Shown: in pieces, positions 1 through 6,840 of the stretch
Position numbering within the stretch: position 1 is the first letter of the stretch
Layout: every line of letters begins with the position of its first letter
Translations under genes and position numbers: made by a program
IMG/VR virus record: IMGVR_UViG_3300042892_000790
Length of the DNA: 64,000 bases
DNA from: an uncultured virus (IMG/VR IMGVR_UViG_3300042892_000790)
Taxonomy: Duplodnaviria > Heunggongvirae > Uroviricota > Caudoviricetes > Crassvirales
Direction: 5' to 3' (one strand)
Notes under the pieces: generated by a model
Databases searched by the model: none
The model's input: only the letters and a program-made list of their open reading frames with translations
Told to the model about the DNA's origin: nothing

Positions 1-117
1 CTTCTCCGTGGTAAATGTCAAGTGTGTATGACAGGTCTGCCTCTGAAGGTTCTGAGTCGAATGCGCAGACGATTCCGTCTACGTTCGATAGTACCCATGC
101 GTATCTTTTTGCCTGTC

Positions 118-282
118 TCATCGTGCTCTGTAGTATTTTACCGTGAGGTAGGTGAAACGTACGAATCCAATGCCTCCCAGTACTCCGAGGATTAGAACGA
201 TTGACATTGGTGAGTAGATCGCCCATGCCACAAAGATGAGGCCGATGATTACAATTAGTGCTGTGATTAGTGCGTTGAGCAT
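118..282 (-). CDS. small membrane protein (54 aa, MLNALITALIVIIG...), early region
   Basis: Read manually; two hydrophobic segments; packed against neighbours. Confidence 0.55.
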   Translation of the reverse strand: MLNALITALIVIIGLIFVAWAIYSPMSIVLILGVLGGIGFVRFTYLTVKYYRAR

Positions 283-437
283 TGGTCTATTTTTATTGTG
301 TCTCCTACATTTTTCTCTTCAAACATCATCAGGCTGTAGGTCTTTCCTGTGGTGTCCTTGCATGCGTACCTGTACCCACCGCTCGGGTGTGGCATCGACG
401 CTAAAATGATTAGTACTATCGTTGTGATGCTTTCCAT
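267..437 (-). CDS. hypothetical protein (56 aa, MESITTIVLIILAS...)
   Basis: Read manually; fills the gap between flanking minus-strand ORFs. Confidence 0.5.
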   Translation of the reverse strand: MESITTIVLIILASMPHPSGGYRYACKDTTGKTYSLMMFEEKNVGDTIKIDQCSTH

Positions 438-619
438 ATAATTCTATTTAAGTATTTCTGTCCGACTCCAAGGCCACACGCAGTGCGTATGAGCCAGTAG
501 TGTGTGCATTGATATCGTGTAACCTCCTCGTCCTTCTTCTTGTCCCATGCAATAAGCCTATCTCCTATCCATGCGTACACGTATCGTTTCTTCAATTTCT
601 TCAACAAGCGTGTCTTCAT
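416..619 (-). CDS. hypothetical early protein (MKTRLLKKLKKR...)
   Basis: Trimmed from ORF 416..775 to the ATG overlapping the previous stop. Confidence 0.6.
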   Translation of the reverse strand: MKTRLLKKLKKRYVYAWIGDRLIAWDKKKDEEVTRYQCTHYWLIRTACGLGVGQKYLNRIIWKASQR

Positions 620-1047
620 TTCTCCGCGATGTTTAAGGTGATGTCTCTGCCGTCCACCAGAAGAACCAAGTACATGTTGTCGCAGGCCATCATCTCTGAG
701 TACTGCATGATGTAGTTTGCCGTGTCTTGCTTTAAGTTGTCCTTGCTCGTGTGCTTGGTTGTTCCCTCTACCCACTTGTACTCGGCCGGCATCGGTAGAA
801 TCTGGCCGAAGCAGAAGTCATACGCAAATCCATCTTCAGATAAGTTGTCGAGTAGTTTTACGATGTTCCCCTTCTTGGGCTTGCATGTCTGACAGATGAC
901 GACCTTGTGGGTCTCGTCTATCGGGTCTGAGATGGCATGTCCGTCACCGCATGCACATGTGTGCAGTGTTAGGATGTCTGACTGGGTGCCATGGATTTGA
1001 GACAGAAGGCTTCGAGCCTCTGCCGAGTTGGTTGCGTAGTATATCAT
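616..1047 (-). CDS. hypothetical early protein with CxC/CxxC motifs
   Basis: 143-aa ORF in a tightly packed operon. Confidence 0.65.
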   Translation of the reverse strand: MIYYATNSAEARSLLSQIHGTQSDILTLHTCACGDGHAISDPIDETHKVVICQTCKPKKGNIVKLLDNLSEDGFAYDFCFGQILPMPAEYKWVEGTTKHTSKDNLKQDTANYIMQYSEMMACDNMYLVLLVDGRDITLNIAEK

Positions 1048-1280
1048 TCTTTACAAATTGCTAGTTCTGTTTGTGAAATGAACTCGGAGAAGTATCCGTG
1101 CTCAAATAAAAAGTCCTCAAACTCCTCGGAGTTACCCACACTGATTGATATCAGTGGGAATCCCTTGGAGTCTTTGCCGTTAGATGTAACGCTGAAGCAT
1201 TCAGCGTAGGCCATGATGCATGGCTCTTCCACTATCACGATTGATGGGAAGGTTTCGATTAGTATATCTTTAAATTCCAT
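1044..1280 (-). CDS. hypothetical acidic protein (MEFKDILIETF...)
   Basis: ATG at 1280 follows an A-rich leader; ATGA overlap with next gene. Confidence 0.6.
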   Translation of the reverse strand: MEFKDILIETFPSIVIVEEPCIMAYAECFSVTSNGKDSKGFPLISISVGNSEEFEDFLFEHGYFSEFISQTELAICKE

Positions 1281-1339
1281 ATTTCTTTTAATTAAAGAGC
1301 GACCCAGCAATCGCTCTTTTACAACAAAACACAACAATA

Positions 1340-1634
1340 TTTCACAACCTTTCGTTGAGGGCTAGTGCTGGCTAGCCTTTGTGCACGGGACGGGCTTCGA
1401 ACCCTGTTCATATCCCGTGCTGTTCACCGCATCACCCCATGGTGCTCCACCCATGATTCTAAGGACTGGGACTCAGTCCAGTGTGCGTACATAGTGGTCA
1501 GTCATTCGACTGCCAAATTACTTTTCCAATATGTCAAAGAACATGGCAAGACATTTATGTCTTGTCCTTAACCCCAAGCGATCCGACTTGGCTTAGTACA
1601 CGGGACTCGTGTAGGTGTTGTACTAGGTTGGGGA
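1340..1634 (-). ncRNA. structured intergenic RNA cassette: hairpins, boxA-like 13-mer, tRNA-like minihelix
   Basis: No credible ORF; serial hairpins (CAAGACAT/ATGTCTTG, CAGTC/GACTG, GGACTG/CAGTCC, TACACG/CGTGTA); GTTCTTTGACATA at 1530-1542. Confidence 0.6.
1382..1420 (-). ncRNA. tRNA-like minihelix (acceptor stem + T-loop)
   Basis: GCACGGGA-UAUGAA-CAGGG-UUCGAAG-CCCG-UCCCGUGC-A. Confidence 0.5.
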
Positions 1635-1796
1635 TTAACCCAACTCTAGTATTTCGTATTGAGCCACATCGCTAGATGATTCTTCAACAACATTGTATGC
1701 GTGTTCCTCTGCCTCATCCTTGCTAGGGAAGAACATCTTCCTAGTCCATAGGTCGTTTCCCTCCTCGTCTTGATATATAATCTTAAATTCAACCAT
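1635..1796 (-). CDS. hypothetical acidic protein (53 aa, MVEFKIIYQDEEGND...)
   Basis: Read manually, below ORF-track cutoff; overlaps the upstream stop. Confidence 0.65.
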   Translation of the reverse strand: MVEFKIIYQDEEGNDLWTRKMFFPSKDEAEEHAYNVVEESSSDVAQYEILELG

Positions 1797-2196
1797 GTCT
1801 TAGAATTCTTAAGAAGTCTTCAGAAGTGATGAATGTTACTGCGTCGCATCCACGAAGGTTGTCGATGACTGCCTTTGGCTTAGCGAGGGGAGAGAAGAAT
1901 ACAAGGTCACCCCTTCTTTTCTCGAAGATAATCTCGTAGCACACCTCGAAGTCTCTGACTATCTCGTATACATGAACCAGTTCCGCTCCGCATAGTGCGT
2001 GAACTAATGACTGGGATGGGTACTCGATGCCGTATCTTACACTATCATCGCTGAAGTCGTGACCATCCTCGCAAAAAGACTCGCTCTCGTCGTCGTGTAG
2101 TTCATAGACCTCGTAGTTGGCCTCGTGTAGGTACTTGGCAACCTTGGGTTGCAGAATGTACCATGTAAATCCGTCTTGTGTTGTGAATGTGTTCAT
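1789..2196 (-). CDS. hypothetical acidic early protein
   Basis: 135-aa ORF, operon packing. Confidence 0.7.
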   Translation of the reverse strand: MNTFTTQDGFTWYILQPKVAKYLHEANYEVYELHDDESESFCEDGHDFSDDSVRYGIEYPSQSLVHALCGAELVHVYEIVRDFEVCYEIIFEKRRGDLVFFSPLAKPKAVIDNLRGCDAVTFITSEDFLRILRHG

Positions 2197-2417
2197 ATCG
2201 TGATTGTATTTAATTCTTGATACATGATGATTACCCTTGTTGGGTAAGCCTCCTTTAGTGCAACGAGCAGTTCGTCGTTGTTATAGTACCCATTGCCGTA
2301 CCTCTCGGACATTACAATCGGTGCGATTACGTCTACAATTTCCTTCTCGTTAAGGTCAGTAGTTAGGATGAAGTTCTCTTCATCGAATGCGGTGGTGTTG
2401 ATTTCAAATGTTTTCAT
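2193..2417 (-). CDS. hypothetical early protein
   Basis: MKTFEINTTAFDEENF...; operon packing. Confidence 0.65.
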   Translation of the reverse strand: MKTFEINTTAFDEENFILTTDLNEKEIVDVIAPIVMSERYGNGYYNNDELLVALKEAYPTRVIIMYQELNTITI

Positions 2418-2459
2418 ATCTGTATGCAATATTAGTTACTATCTTGTTTATAACCTAAT

Positions 2460-2678
2460 TTATTTGTCGTTGAATTGTAATATTTTATTTCTCTCAAGGC
2501 TGGTGATTACGCAGTAGTCGTCCCAGCCCTTCAGTTGTTCGAGCAGTTCGTATATGCCGTCCAATGAGTCTATCTCAAAGATGTCAGCCTCGTTCTGCTT
2601 GATTAAGTTTACTACCTCTTCGTAGTTGCCCTCGGCATAGTAGTGAATGGCACGTAGCCCAGTTAAAATGTATTTCAT
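2460..2678 (-). CDS. hypothetical early protein
   Basis: 72-aa ORF, operon packing. Confidence 0.65.
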   Translation of the reverse strand: MKYILTGLRAIHYYAEGNYEEVVNLIKQNEADIFEIDSLDGIYELLEQLKGWDDYCVITSLERNKILQFNDK

Positions 2679-2679
2679 G

Positions 2680-3135
2680 TTAGTTGATTATAAAGTCAGT
2701 CCTTAAGTTCAATGTCTCCACCTCTTCGTCGGTGATGCCGGTGCCATTAATAATCCATTTGCTGAATGGGTATGGGCTATCGTCGGTTGCTCTGCAGTTG
2801 AATGCCTTGCGACCTATAAGTTTGTTCAACTCATTGGTGTACCCGTGAACTTCACCGGCAAGCCCATTCATGTTGGTACTGACTTGGTGTAGGTTTGAAT
2901 TTTGCTTAATCCATATATCCATTAGTTCAAAGATTTCATTCATAATGGTATGGCTATACTCTTCAAAGAACTTGCCCAGCATCTCGTTGCACCGGTCGTC
3001 GTTGTATAGTTTGTAGACATCATCGTCGCTTAAAGGTGCATCGTGGTTCTCCTCGCTGTAACGTACAATTGCGTTTCGCATGTCATTTGCCTCCCATAAT
3101 AGGCAACAATCGGTGATAATTTTTTTGTTTTTCAT
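2680..3135 (-). CDS. hypothetical early protein
   Basis: 151-aa ORF abutting neighbours. Confidence 0.7.
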   Translation of the reverse strand: MKNKKIITDCCLLWEANDMRNAIVRYSEENHDAPLSDDDVYKLYNDDRCNEMLGKFFEEYSHTIMNEIFELMDIWIKQNSNLHQVSTNMNGLAGEVHGYTNELNKLIGRKAFNCRATDDSPYPFSKWIINGTGITDEEVETLNLRTDFIIN

Positions 3136-3136
3136 A

Positions 3137-3403
3137 TCAGTCTAGTAGTATTTTGAATCCTTTGTAAACACCAGCCTTGTAGTTCTTGCTTTGGTGAAAT
3201 AATTTCCTTGATAACAATATCGCCGTGATGGACGTGAACTTGATTTCTATTTGGTCAAGCACCCCCTCAATTGTCTTGCCGTCTCTCAATGCCTCGATAA
3301 CGTCCTCTCGTGTTGTTACCTCTGGGTTGTCGAATGTTCCGCTTATCCTCGCTTGTATGTGAGCATCCGCGATGGCCTTGGTTTGCTTGCTTATCCTTTT
3401 CAT
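3137..3403 (-). CDS. hypothetical early protein
   Basis: MKRISKQTKAIADAH...; operon packing. Confidence 0.65.
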   Translation of the reverse strand: MKRISKQTKAIADAHIQARISGTFDNPEVTTREDVIEALRDGKTIEGVLDQIEIKFTSITAILLSRKLFHQSKNYKAGVYKGFKILLD

Positions 3404-3405
3404 GA

Positions 3406-3675
3406 TTAGTCCTCCCATCCATTAGACCAGTACCTTACAGCATTGGCGTACGTTCCCTTTGTGCATCCTTTCAACTCATCCCGTGACGGGATAACGTTTC
3501 CGTAGTAGTCGGTGAATGATTTCTTTGGTAGCATGCAGATGCCCATCTCGAGCAGTCGCATTGCCTCGCGTCCCATTGAGCCTTCCATCTTCCAAACCGA
3601 GCCGTTGTTGATGAGTCGTTGCATGTAGTCAACTCCCGCTGACTTTTGTCTTGAGTAAATTGTTTGTATATTCAT
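3406..3675 (-). CDS. hypothetical early protein (MNIQTIYSRQ...)
   Basis: ATG 1 nt after the ACCA of the tRNA-like element; globular-looking C-terminal part of ORF 3406..3966. Confidence 0.7.
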   Translation of the reverse strand: MNIQTIYSRQKSAGVDYMQRLINNGSVWKMEGSMGREAMRLLEMGICMLPKKSFTDYYGNVIPSRDELKGCTKGTYANAVRYWSNGWED

Positions 3676-3676
3676 A

Positions 3677-3724
3677 TGGTTCCCAAGGTCAGACTCGAAC
3701 TGACGGCATGCCATTGGCTTGGGA
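3677..3724 (-). ncRNA. anticodon-less tRNA mimic with 3' ACCA
   Basis: UCCCAAG-(13 nt)-GUCAG-UUCGAGU-CUGAC-CUUGGGA-ACCA: perfect 7-bp acceptor stem, 5-bp T-stem and canonical 7-nt T-loop. Confidence 0.75.
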
Positions 3725-3731
3725 TGGGACG

Positions 3732-4046
3732 TTAGTCCTCGTCGCGTAGCATCATCTTTGCTAACGCCTCGTGAAGTTCCTTTGGTACAAAGTCCTCGAC
3801 GTGTCGGTACTCTTGAATCAGTCGCTGGATGTAAATCGAAAGGCTTTGAAGTTCCACTGCCTCGTTGGGGCTGGGCTCCACCAACTCGACGTTGGTGTAC
3901 GTCTCGATGATGTTGCACTGCTCCAACTCCTCGTGGTTCACCTTGTCGTCGTTGTCTCCAAGCCAATCGTGTACCTCTTGGATGTTCTCTGCATCTACTA
4001 CCAACTCCGTGGCGTAGGTTCTGCTAATTACTACGTTGTATTTCAT
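3732..4046 (-). CDS. hypothetical acidic early protein
   Basis: 104-aa ORF, operon packing. Confidence 0.7.
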   Translation of the reverse strand: MKYNVVISRTYATELVVDAENIQEVHDWLGDNDDKVNHEELEQCNIIETYTNVELVEPSPNEAVELQSLSIYIQRLIQEYRHVEDFVPKELHEALAKMMLRDED

Positions 4047-4306
4047 TTTAAGTTCTCCTTTATGTATTGTTTGAATTCATTGCTTGTTCTCATGTAGACC
4101 TTGTCTACCAGTACCCATGTCGCGTTGCTCCACTTGTAGTTCGTCTTGATTTGGTTCCCTCCGTAGAGGTAGAACTCTTGCTCAATGAACACGTCTGGCT
4201 TGATGTTTGAGAATACGCTCTCGTTTACCCGTTGGTACTCCTCGTTGAAGTACTTGTCAGACAATTTTAAGAACTCCTCGATGGTGAATTTTTGTTCAGT
4301 GCTCAT
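4043..4306 (-). CDS. hypothetical early protein
   Basis: 87-aa ORF with ATGA overlaps. Confidence 0.65.
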   Translation of the reverse strand: MSTEQKFTIEEFLKLSDKYFNEEYQRVNESVFSNIKPDVFIEQEFYLYGGNQIKTNYKWSNATWVLVDKVYMRTSNEFKQYIKENLK

Positions 4307-4893
4307 TTTAGTTTGTTGATTAGGTTGATGATGTTGTCCAATTGGGTCATGTGATTCTCGTAGTAGTCGCTCATGTCAGCAATCCTTGAGTGGTTGTGCA
4401 GTTCGTTGAACTCGTCCATCGCCACGTCCAATGTGTGTAGCATGGCATCGAAGTCCTCGGACTTGTAGTCACCTAGGCCGGCCTCTTCTGGCTCGTCTCC
4501 CTCTCTCATGAGTCGGTACTCGGATCCACTAGCGCAGTCCCATATGGCCTCTTGGTCATGGTGCTGGCCTAGAACGATGGCGACCTCCTTGGTTTGTACG
4601 TTCTCAGAAATGTCGAAGACGAATCGGCCGGCATTGACCCAGCATCCCATGTAGTAGTTCGGGTCGGCCAACTGCTCAGCATGGCGGAGGAAGTAAGACC
4701 TACCGAATGCGATAAGGTCGCAACCACTTGGAGCCGTCTCCTCGTATCCCTTGATGGATACCATGAAGCCATGGTCGGGGTTGTGGTCGCCCGTGTTGAT
4801 GTTGTAGGAGAAACCGATGTGGTTTGTTTCAGCGTTGCGCAAGTGTGCGATGAGTGTGTTGTGGCTAGTGCCCATTACGATAGTTGATTTCAT
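4303..4893 (-). CDS. early protein, possible SAM-lyase/DUF3293-like fold plus acidic tail
   Basis: Motif G-C-W...F-D-I-S...A-I-V-L-G-x4-Q-E-A-I-W-D. Confidence 0.4.
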   Translation of the reverse strand: MKSTIVMGTSHNTLIAHLRNAETNHIGFSYNINTGDHNPDHGFMVSIKGYEETAPSGCDLIAFGRSYFLRHAEQLADPNYYMGCWVNAGRFVFDISENVQTKEVAIVLGQHHDQEAIWDCASGSEYRLMREGDEPEEAGLGDYKSEDFDAMLHTLDVAMDEFNELHNHSRIADMSDYYENHMTQLDNIINLINKLK

Positions 4894-4904
4894 GTCTATG
4901 TTTA

Positions 4905-5123
4905 TTAGTCGTTAAATTCGGTGTAGTAAAAGTCATCGTTGGTCAAGTACTCTTCGTAGTACTCGCACAAGTCATGGCTAAGGTGGAACCAAGATGACTC
5001 GTATGACTTCTCAGAGATGATGTCTCTGCACTTGTCAGAGCATGCGTAGTGTTCGCCTTGGTCGAAGACGTAAACGTTGTGGCTGGGTGTTCCGCAGTGG
5101 GAACATGTTCTTTGTGTTTCCAT
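4905..5123 (-). CDS. small zinc-finger protein
   Basis: CSHC...ACSDKC; first gene after hammerhead 3. Confidence 0.65.
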   Translation of the reverse strand: METQRTCSHCGTPSHNVYVFDQGEHYACSDKCRDIISEKSYESSWFHLSHDLCEYYEEYLTNDDFYYTEFND

Positions 5124-5136
5124 GTCTTGTTGTTTT

Positions 5137-5192
5137 GGTTAAGAGGGCTGGATGTCCAGCCCTTTCGTCTATTGAAGACTCATCAGTTAACC
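5137..5192 (-). ncRNA. type I hammerhead ribozyme HH3 (cleavage after CUC, 5143|5142)
   Basis: GGUUAA CUGAUGA GUCU UCAAU AGAC GAAA GGGCUGG ACAU CCAGCCC UC UUAACC. Confidence 0.92.
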
Positions 5193-5588
5193 TTTTCTTG
5201 ACGCTATCCAAAGTTGGGCGCGATGGTTCATCTCTGACTCAGACAATACCACGTCGATGAAGTCGGTTCCATCTAGGTTCACCACGTTCAATACTATGAT
5301 TTGGTTTCCCTCGTCTACAAATACGTGGTATCCGTTCTCCTCGAACCATAGCCATGCCATCTGAAATTCAGTCCTACTTGGGGCTTGGCTCATGACTTTG
5401 TGTAGGTCGGTATCTTGGAAGTGCATCTCGCTTCCGTCCAAGAAGTACAAGGTCTGGCGTGTGCCGTCGATGGTCTCCACGATGTGGGCTCTGACCTCGC
5501 CGTGCTCGATTACTTCGTACATGCTGTCGTCCTCGCTTGAGATGATGTAAGGCCATTTTACTTCGGGTAATTTGTTTAAGTGCTTCAT
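5187..5588 (-). CDS. hypothetical early protein
   Basis: 133-aa ORF; its last codons GGU UAA are stem I of HH3. Confidence 0.7.
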   Translation of the reverse strand: MKHLNKLPEVKWPYIISSEDDSMYEVIEHGEVRAHIVETIDGTRQTLYFLDGSEMHFQDTDLHKVMSQAPSRTEFQMAWLWFEENGYHVFVDEGNQIIVLNVVNLDGTDFIDVVLSESEMNHRAQLWIASRKG

Positions 5589-5595
5589 GTTCTTG

Positions 5596-5805
5596 TTATT
5601 TTAGTTGGGCGATTACCTTGTTGGATAGGCTCACATAGAGACTGCTATGGACAAAGAAGTTGTTGTACTTCTCGGGGTCTTCGGCTATGTCTTGTAGCGT
5701 TAATTCCATGATTCTCTCGATGCGCTCAGTTAAAAGTGCAACCTCGATGGTGTCAAGGCTCTTGATTAGGCCTCTTAATTTTTGTTCGTTGGTCTTGTTT
5801 TTCAT
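5596..5805 (-). CDS. hypothetical early protein (MKNKTNEQKLR...)
   Basis: ATG 20 nt after the HH2 cut site, same AGAC-AUG context as the sister genes. Confidence 0.7.
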   Translation of the reverse strand: MKNKTNEQKLRGLIKSLDTIEVALLTERIERIMELTLQDIAEDPEKYNNFFVHSSLYVSLSNKVIAQLK

Positions 5806-5819
5806 GTCTTTGTTGTTTT

Positions 5820-5875
5820 GGTTAAGATGGGGTGCTTCCACCCCATTTCGTCTATTAAAGACTCGTCAGTTAACC
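5820..5875 (-). ncRNA. type I hammerhead ribozyme HH2 (cleavage after AUC, 5826|5825)
   Basis: GGUUAA CUGACGA GUCU UUAAU AGAC GAAA UGGGGUG GAAG CACCCCA UC UUAACC. Confidence 0.92.
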
Positions 5876-6370
5876 TTTGGTGAACGTCATGTCGTACTCT
5901 TGGCTTCTCTTGGTCATCCATGCCCTAGCCTCTCTGCTGGTGCCTACCATGACCATCTCGCCCGTTTCTGGGTTGTGGAACTTGCCGTATGAGATGTTGA
6001 ACGTCTTCGAGTCCTCAATCTCTTGCATCAGAGCCTTCGCGCCTTCGATGTCCTCGGCCAGAAGGAACTTGTGTAGGTCTTTGTAGTTCCTCCCGTCGGC
6101 AGTCACTTGGCTCTTGTCTAGGCGGTAGAATCCGCCCGATGTGATGCCTCCGCCGTAGCCAAAGTCACCGAACAAGCGCAGTCCATCTGGTAGTGTGTAC
6201 TCTACAAAGTAGCGGTCGTAGTCGTATCCGTCTCCCTTTGCTACATGGTAGAATACCACGTCGGTGTACCTAGAGACCATCTGGTCAATGTTTTTCTCCC
6301 ATGTCTGGGGGTTGTACTCACGTCCTTCGCAAGAACGGATTTGGTCGGGGGTTAAGATTTGTGCCTTCAT
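5870..6370 (-). CDS. hypothetical early protein flanked by hammerheads
   Basis: 166-aa ORF; ends GGU UAA = stem I of HH2. Confidence 0.75.
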   Translation of the reverse strand: MKAQILTPDQIRSCEGREYNPQTWEKNIDQMVSRYTDVVFYHVAKGDGYDYDRYFVEYTLPDGLRLFGDFGYGGGITSGGFYRLDKSQVTADGRNYKDLHKFLLAEDIEGAKALMQEIEDSKTFNISYGKFHNPETGEMVMVGTSREARAWMTKRSQEYDMTFTKG

Positions 6371-6383
6371 GTCTGTGTGTGTT

Positions 6384-6439
6384 GGTTAAGACGGGGCTGG
6401 TGAGCCCCGTTTCGTCCATTTAGGACTCGTCAGTTAACC
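6384..6439 (-). ncRNA. type I hammerhead ribozyme HH1 (cleavage after GUC, 6390|6389)
   Basis: GGUUAA CUGACGA GUCC UAAAU GGAC GAAA CGGGGC UCACCA GCCCCG UC UUAACC. Confidence 0.93.
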
Positions 6440-6772
6440 TTACTTGAATAGTTCGTGCCCTACTCGGAAGTTGCGCCTCTCCTCTCTCTCGCCAGCCTCT
6501 GAGATTTGAAATTTGGCGTTGTTCAAGAAAGTGATGAACTCCCTCTGGCTCGCGTCGTCCGTGAATCCCCATGTCATGAGGTAGGTCTCGTTGTAGCGAA
6601 CTTGAGCGATGATTTGAACGCTTGGCAAGGAGCCCCTCTCGTGGAACTTGGTTCCATAGGATAGGCTGAAGCCGTCGTCAGATTTGAAGGTGCCGTTGCT
6701 CTCAGCGTTGCGGGTGTACTGGCTCCATGTGATGTTGGAGATTGCCTTGATGAATTGTTGTGAAGTTTCCAT
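6440..6772 (-). CDS. first early protein, hypothetical
   Basis: 110-aa ORF between the tRNA mimic and HH1. Confidence 0.7.
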   Translation of the reverse strand: METSQQFIKAISNITWSQYTRNAESNGTFKSDDGFSLSYGTKFHERGSLPSVQIIAQVRYNETYLMTWGFTDDASQREFITFLNNAKFQISEAGEREERRNFRVGHELFK

Positions 6773-6791
6773 GTTTATGTTTGTTTAATTT

Positions 6792-6840
6792 TGGTTGCAT
6801 CCCCTAGAATCGACAAGGCTGGAAGGCTGACTTGGATGCA
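6792..6840 (-). ncRNA. anticodon-less tRNA mimic with 3' ACCA
   Basis: UGCAUCC-(15 nt)-CCUUG-UCGAUU-CUAGG-GGAUGCA-ACCA. Confidence 0.6.

Noticed and set aside
318..335. fourth hammerhead core (CTGATGA on the minus strand)
   Set aside because: Inside an ORF, with no stem II/III or stem I complement
3676..3966. N-terminal extension of ORF 3406..3966
   Set aside because: Overlaps gene 3732..4046 and the tRNA mimic; ATG 3675 is more plausible
5806..5841. upstream start of ORF 5596..5841
   Set aside because: That ATG lies inside hammerhead stem III, upstream of the cut site
5137..6439. CRISPR-like array or simple terminators
   Set aside because: Repeats are separated by whole genes, lack U-tracts and match the hammerhead core exactly
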